Origin: an uncultured Acidobacteriota bacterium
GTDB taxonomy: Bacteria > Acidobacteriota > UBA6911
Assembly (NCBI GenBank): GCA_963827655.1
Contig: CAWHCF010000050.1
Location: 123,775-187,774, forward strand
Direction of reading: 5' to 3'
Length of the DNA: 64,000 nucleotides
Notes under the pieces: generated by a model
Database searches by the model: none
Seen by the model: only the letters and a program-made list of their open reading frames with translations
What the model was told of the DNA's origin: nothing
Made by a program: the position numbers and the translations under genes
Part shown: positions 62,774-64,000 of the stretch, one piece after another
How the letters are laid out: each line of letters begins with the position of its first letter
How positions within the stretch are numbered: the stretch's first letter is position 1

Positions 62774-63997
62774 ATGCGTACTATTCTCTTTGCCGTTCTT
62801 GCCGCCGGCGTCATTCTCGCGCAGGATCTTCGGATCGAGACACTTCACGGCCGCCAGGCGTTCGTGCTCGAGAATCGGCAGATCCGTGTCAGCGCGCTGC
62901 GCGGCGGCGGGCATCTTGCCGAGATCCGCTTCCGTTCCGGTGACGCGCCCAGGACGATTAATCCGATGCGTGTCCCCCACTACCAGACCATCGAACCTTA
63001 TCAGTACGATCCCGGCCGCCACGATGCGCTCTACGGCAGCGACAGCCACCGCTGGCTGTCGAGCGGCTACATGGGGCATCTGCTCTGCTTTCCGGTCTTC
63101 GGGCCCCCTTCCTCGCCCGCCGAGGTGAAAAACGGGCTCGGTAACCATGGCGAGGCGCCGATTGTCGAATGGAAACCCGTGGGGGCGCCGGAGAAGGGAC
63201 CGGACGCCATCAAGTTCCGGTACGGCGCCGATCTTCCAAAGACACAGTTCCGCGTCGACCGGACGCTGACGCTCCCCGCTGATGAAGCCGTGCTCCTGGT
63301 CGAGGAGTGGGTGGAGAATCTCATGCCGTATGACCGGCCGATCAATTGGGTGCAGCACGCGACGTTCGGCCCGCCCTTCATCGAGCCGGGCAAGAGCTTT
63401 CTCGATCTCAGCGGCACCCAGGGGCAGGTCACCGCGGGCGGGGCGTCGACCAATTCGCTCCAGCCCGGATCCGCGCTGCGCTGGCCGAATGGCCTTGACC
63501 CGGACGGGGGCACGGTGAGTCTCCGGCCGTTCCAACCCAAGCCGCGCGCCGGCACTTACTTCGCCGTTTTGATGGACCCGAACCGCCCCCTGAACTACTT
63601 CACCCTGTACAACCCGGATTTTCCGGTCCTGATCGGCTACCTGTTCCGCGCCTCGGAAAATCCGTGGATAGGCGATTTTCAGGAAAACCAGCGCAATCAG
63701 GGCAAGCCCTGGGATGGCAAGACTGTTACCCGTGGTATCGAATTCGGCACGACTCCGTTCGCGGAAGGATTGCGCCGCAGCGTGGAACGCGGCTCGATGT
63801 TCGGGGTTCCTACTTACCGCTGGATTGGCGGGCGCGAGAAGCTGAAGACGACGTTTGCGGTTTTCCTGGCCGAGATTCCGCGAGACTTCAACGGTGTCGA
63901 AGATGTCTCGATCGACGGCGAGAGCATCACGATTCGCGAGCGCGGCTCGACCCGTCGCATCACTATCCCGGCCGGCGGATTATCGACGTTCCGCTGA
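62774..63997 (+). CDS. Secreted hypothetical protein, galactose mutarotase/aldose epimerase-like fold
   Basis: Short signal peptide, LENRQIRV...GGHLAEI, HGEA, and E.VENL...DRPINWVQHATFGPPF pattern. Confidence 0.65.
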   Translation: MRTILFAVLAAGVILAQDLRIETLHGRQAFVLENRQIRVSALRGGGHLAEIRFRSGDAPRTINPMRVPHYQTIEPYQYDPGRHDALYGSDSHRWLSSGYMGHLLCFPVFGPPSSPAEVKNGLGNHGEAPIVEWKPVGAPEKGPDAIKFRYGADLPKTQFRVDRTLTLPADEAVLLVEEWVENLMPYDRPINWVQHATFGPPFIEPGKSFLDLSGTQGQVTAGGASTNSLQPGSALRWPNGLDPDGGTVSLRPFQPKPRAGTYFAVLMDPNRPLNYFTLYNPDFPVLIGYLFRASENPWIGDFQENQRNQGKPWDGKTVTRGIEFGTTPFAEGLRRSVERGSMFGVPTYRWIGGREKLKTTFAVFLAEIPRDFNGVEDVSIDGESITIRERGSTRRITIPAGGLSTFR

Positions 63998-64000
63998 AGC

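Overview
A high-GC bacterial window whose gene content is typical of Acidobacteriota (inference): three carboxypeptidase-regulatory-domain TonB-dependent receptors, a wHTH-TolB-TPR regulator, a Ser/Thr kinase fusion and a cytochrome c/PQQ dehydrogenase pair. No rRNA, tRNA or CRISPR array was seen. About a dozen single-base frameshifts interrupt otherwise intact genes and are most likely long-read assembly errors. The main finding is a complete IS110-family element (4463-6128, minus strand) whose RNA-guided recombination logic can be read directly from the sequence. It sits in the loop of a REP palindrome, and joining its ends creates TTGACT-N17-TATGAT. Its non-coding end holds a two-loop bridge RNA whose four guide segments match the actual target and donor sites, and the recombinase has Thr where the family's catalytic Ser is expected. 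Other candidates are: a degenerate-SIR2/TIR gene coupled to a membrane-spanning nSTAND1-WD40 gene; a DUF4062-STAND-helical-repeat protein; an orphan caspase-fold (His-Cys) protein divergent from a wHTH regulator with an 11-bp-period operator; an anti-sigma factor with a CxxCH motif opposite a di-heme cytochrome c; and several families of intergenic repeats and MITEs nested inside one another. All coordinates and motif matches were read by eye and no database searches were run.
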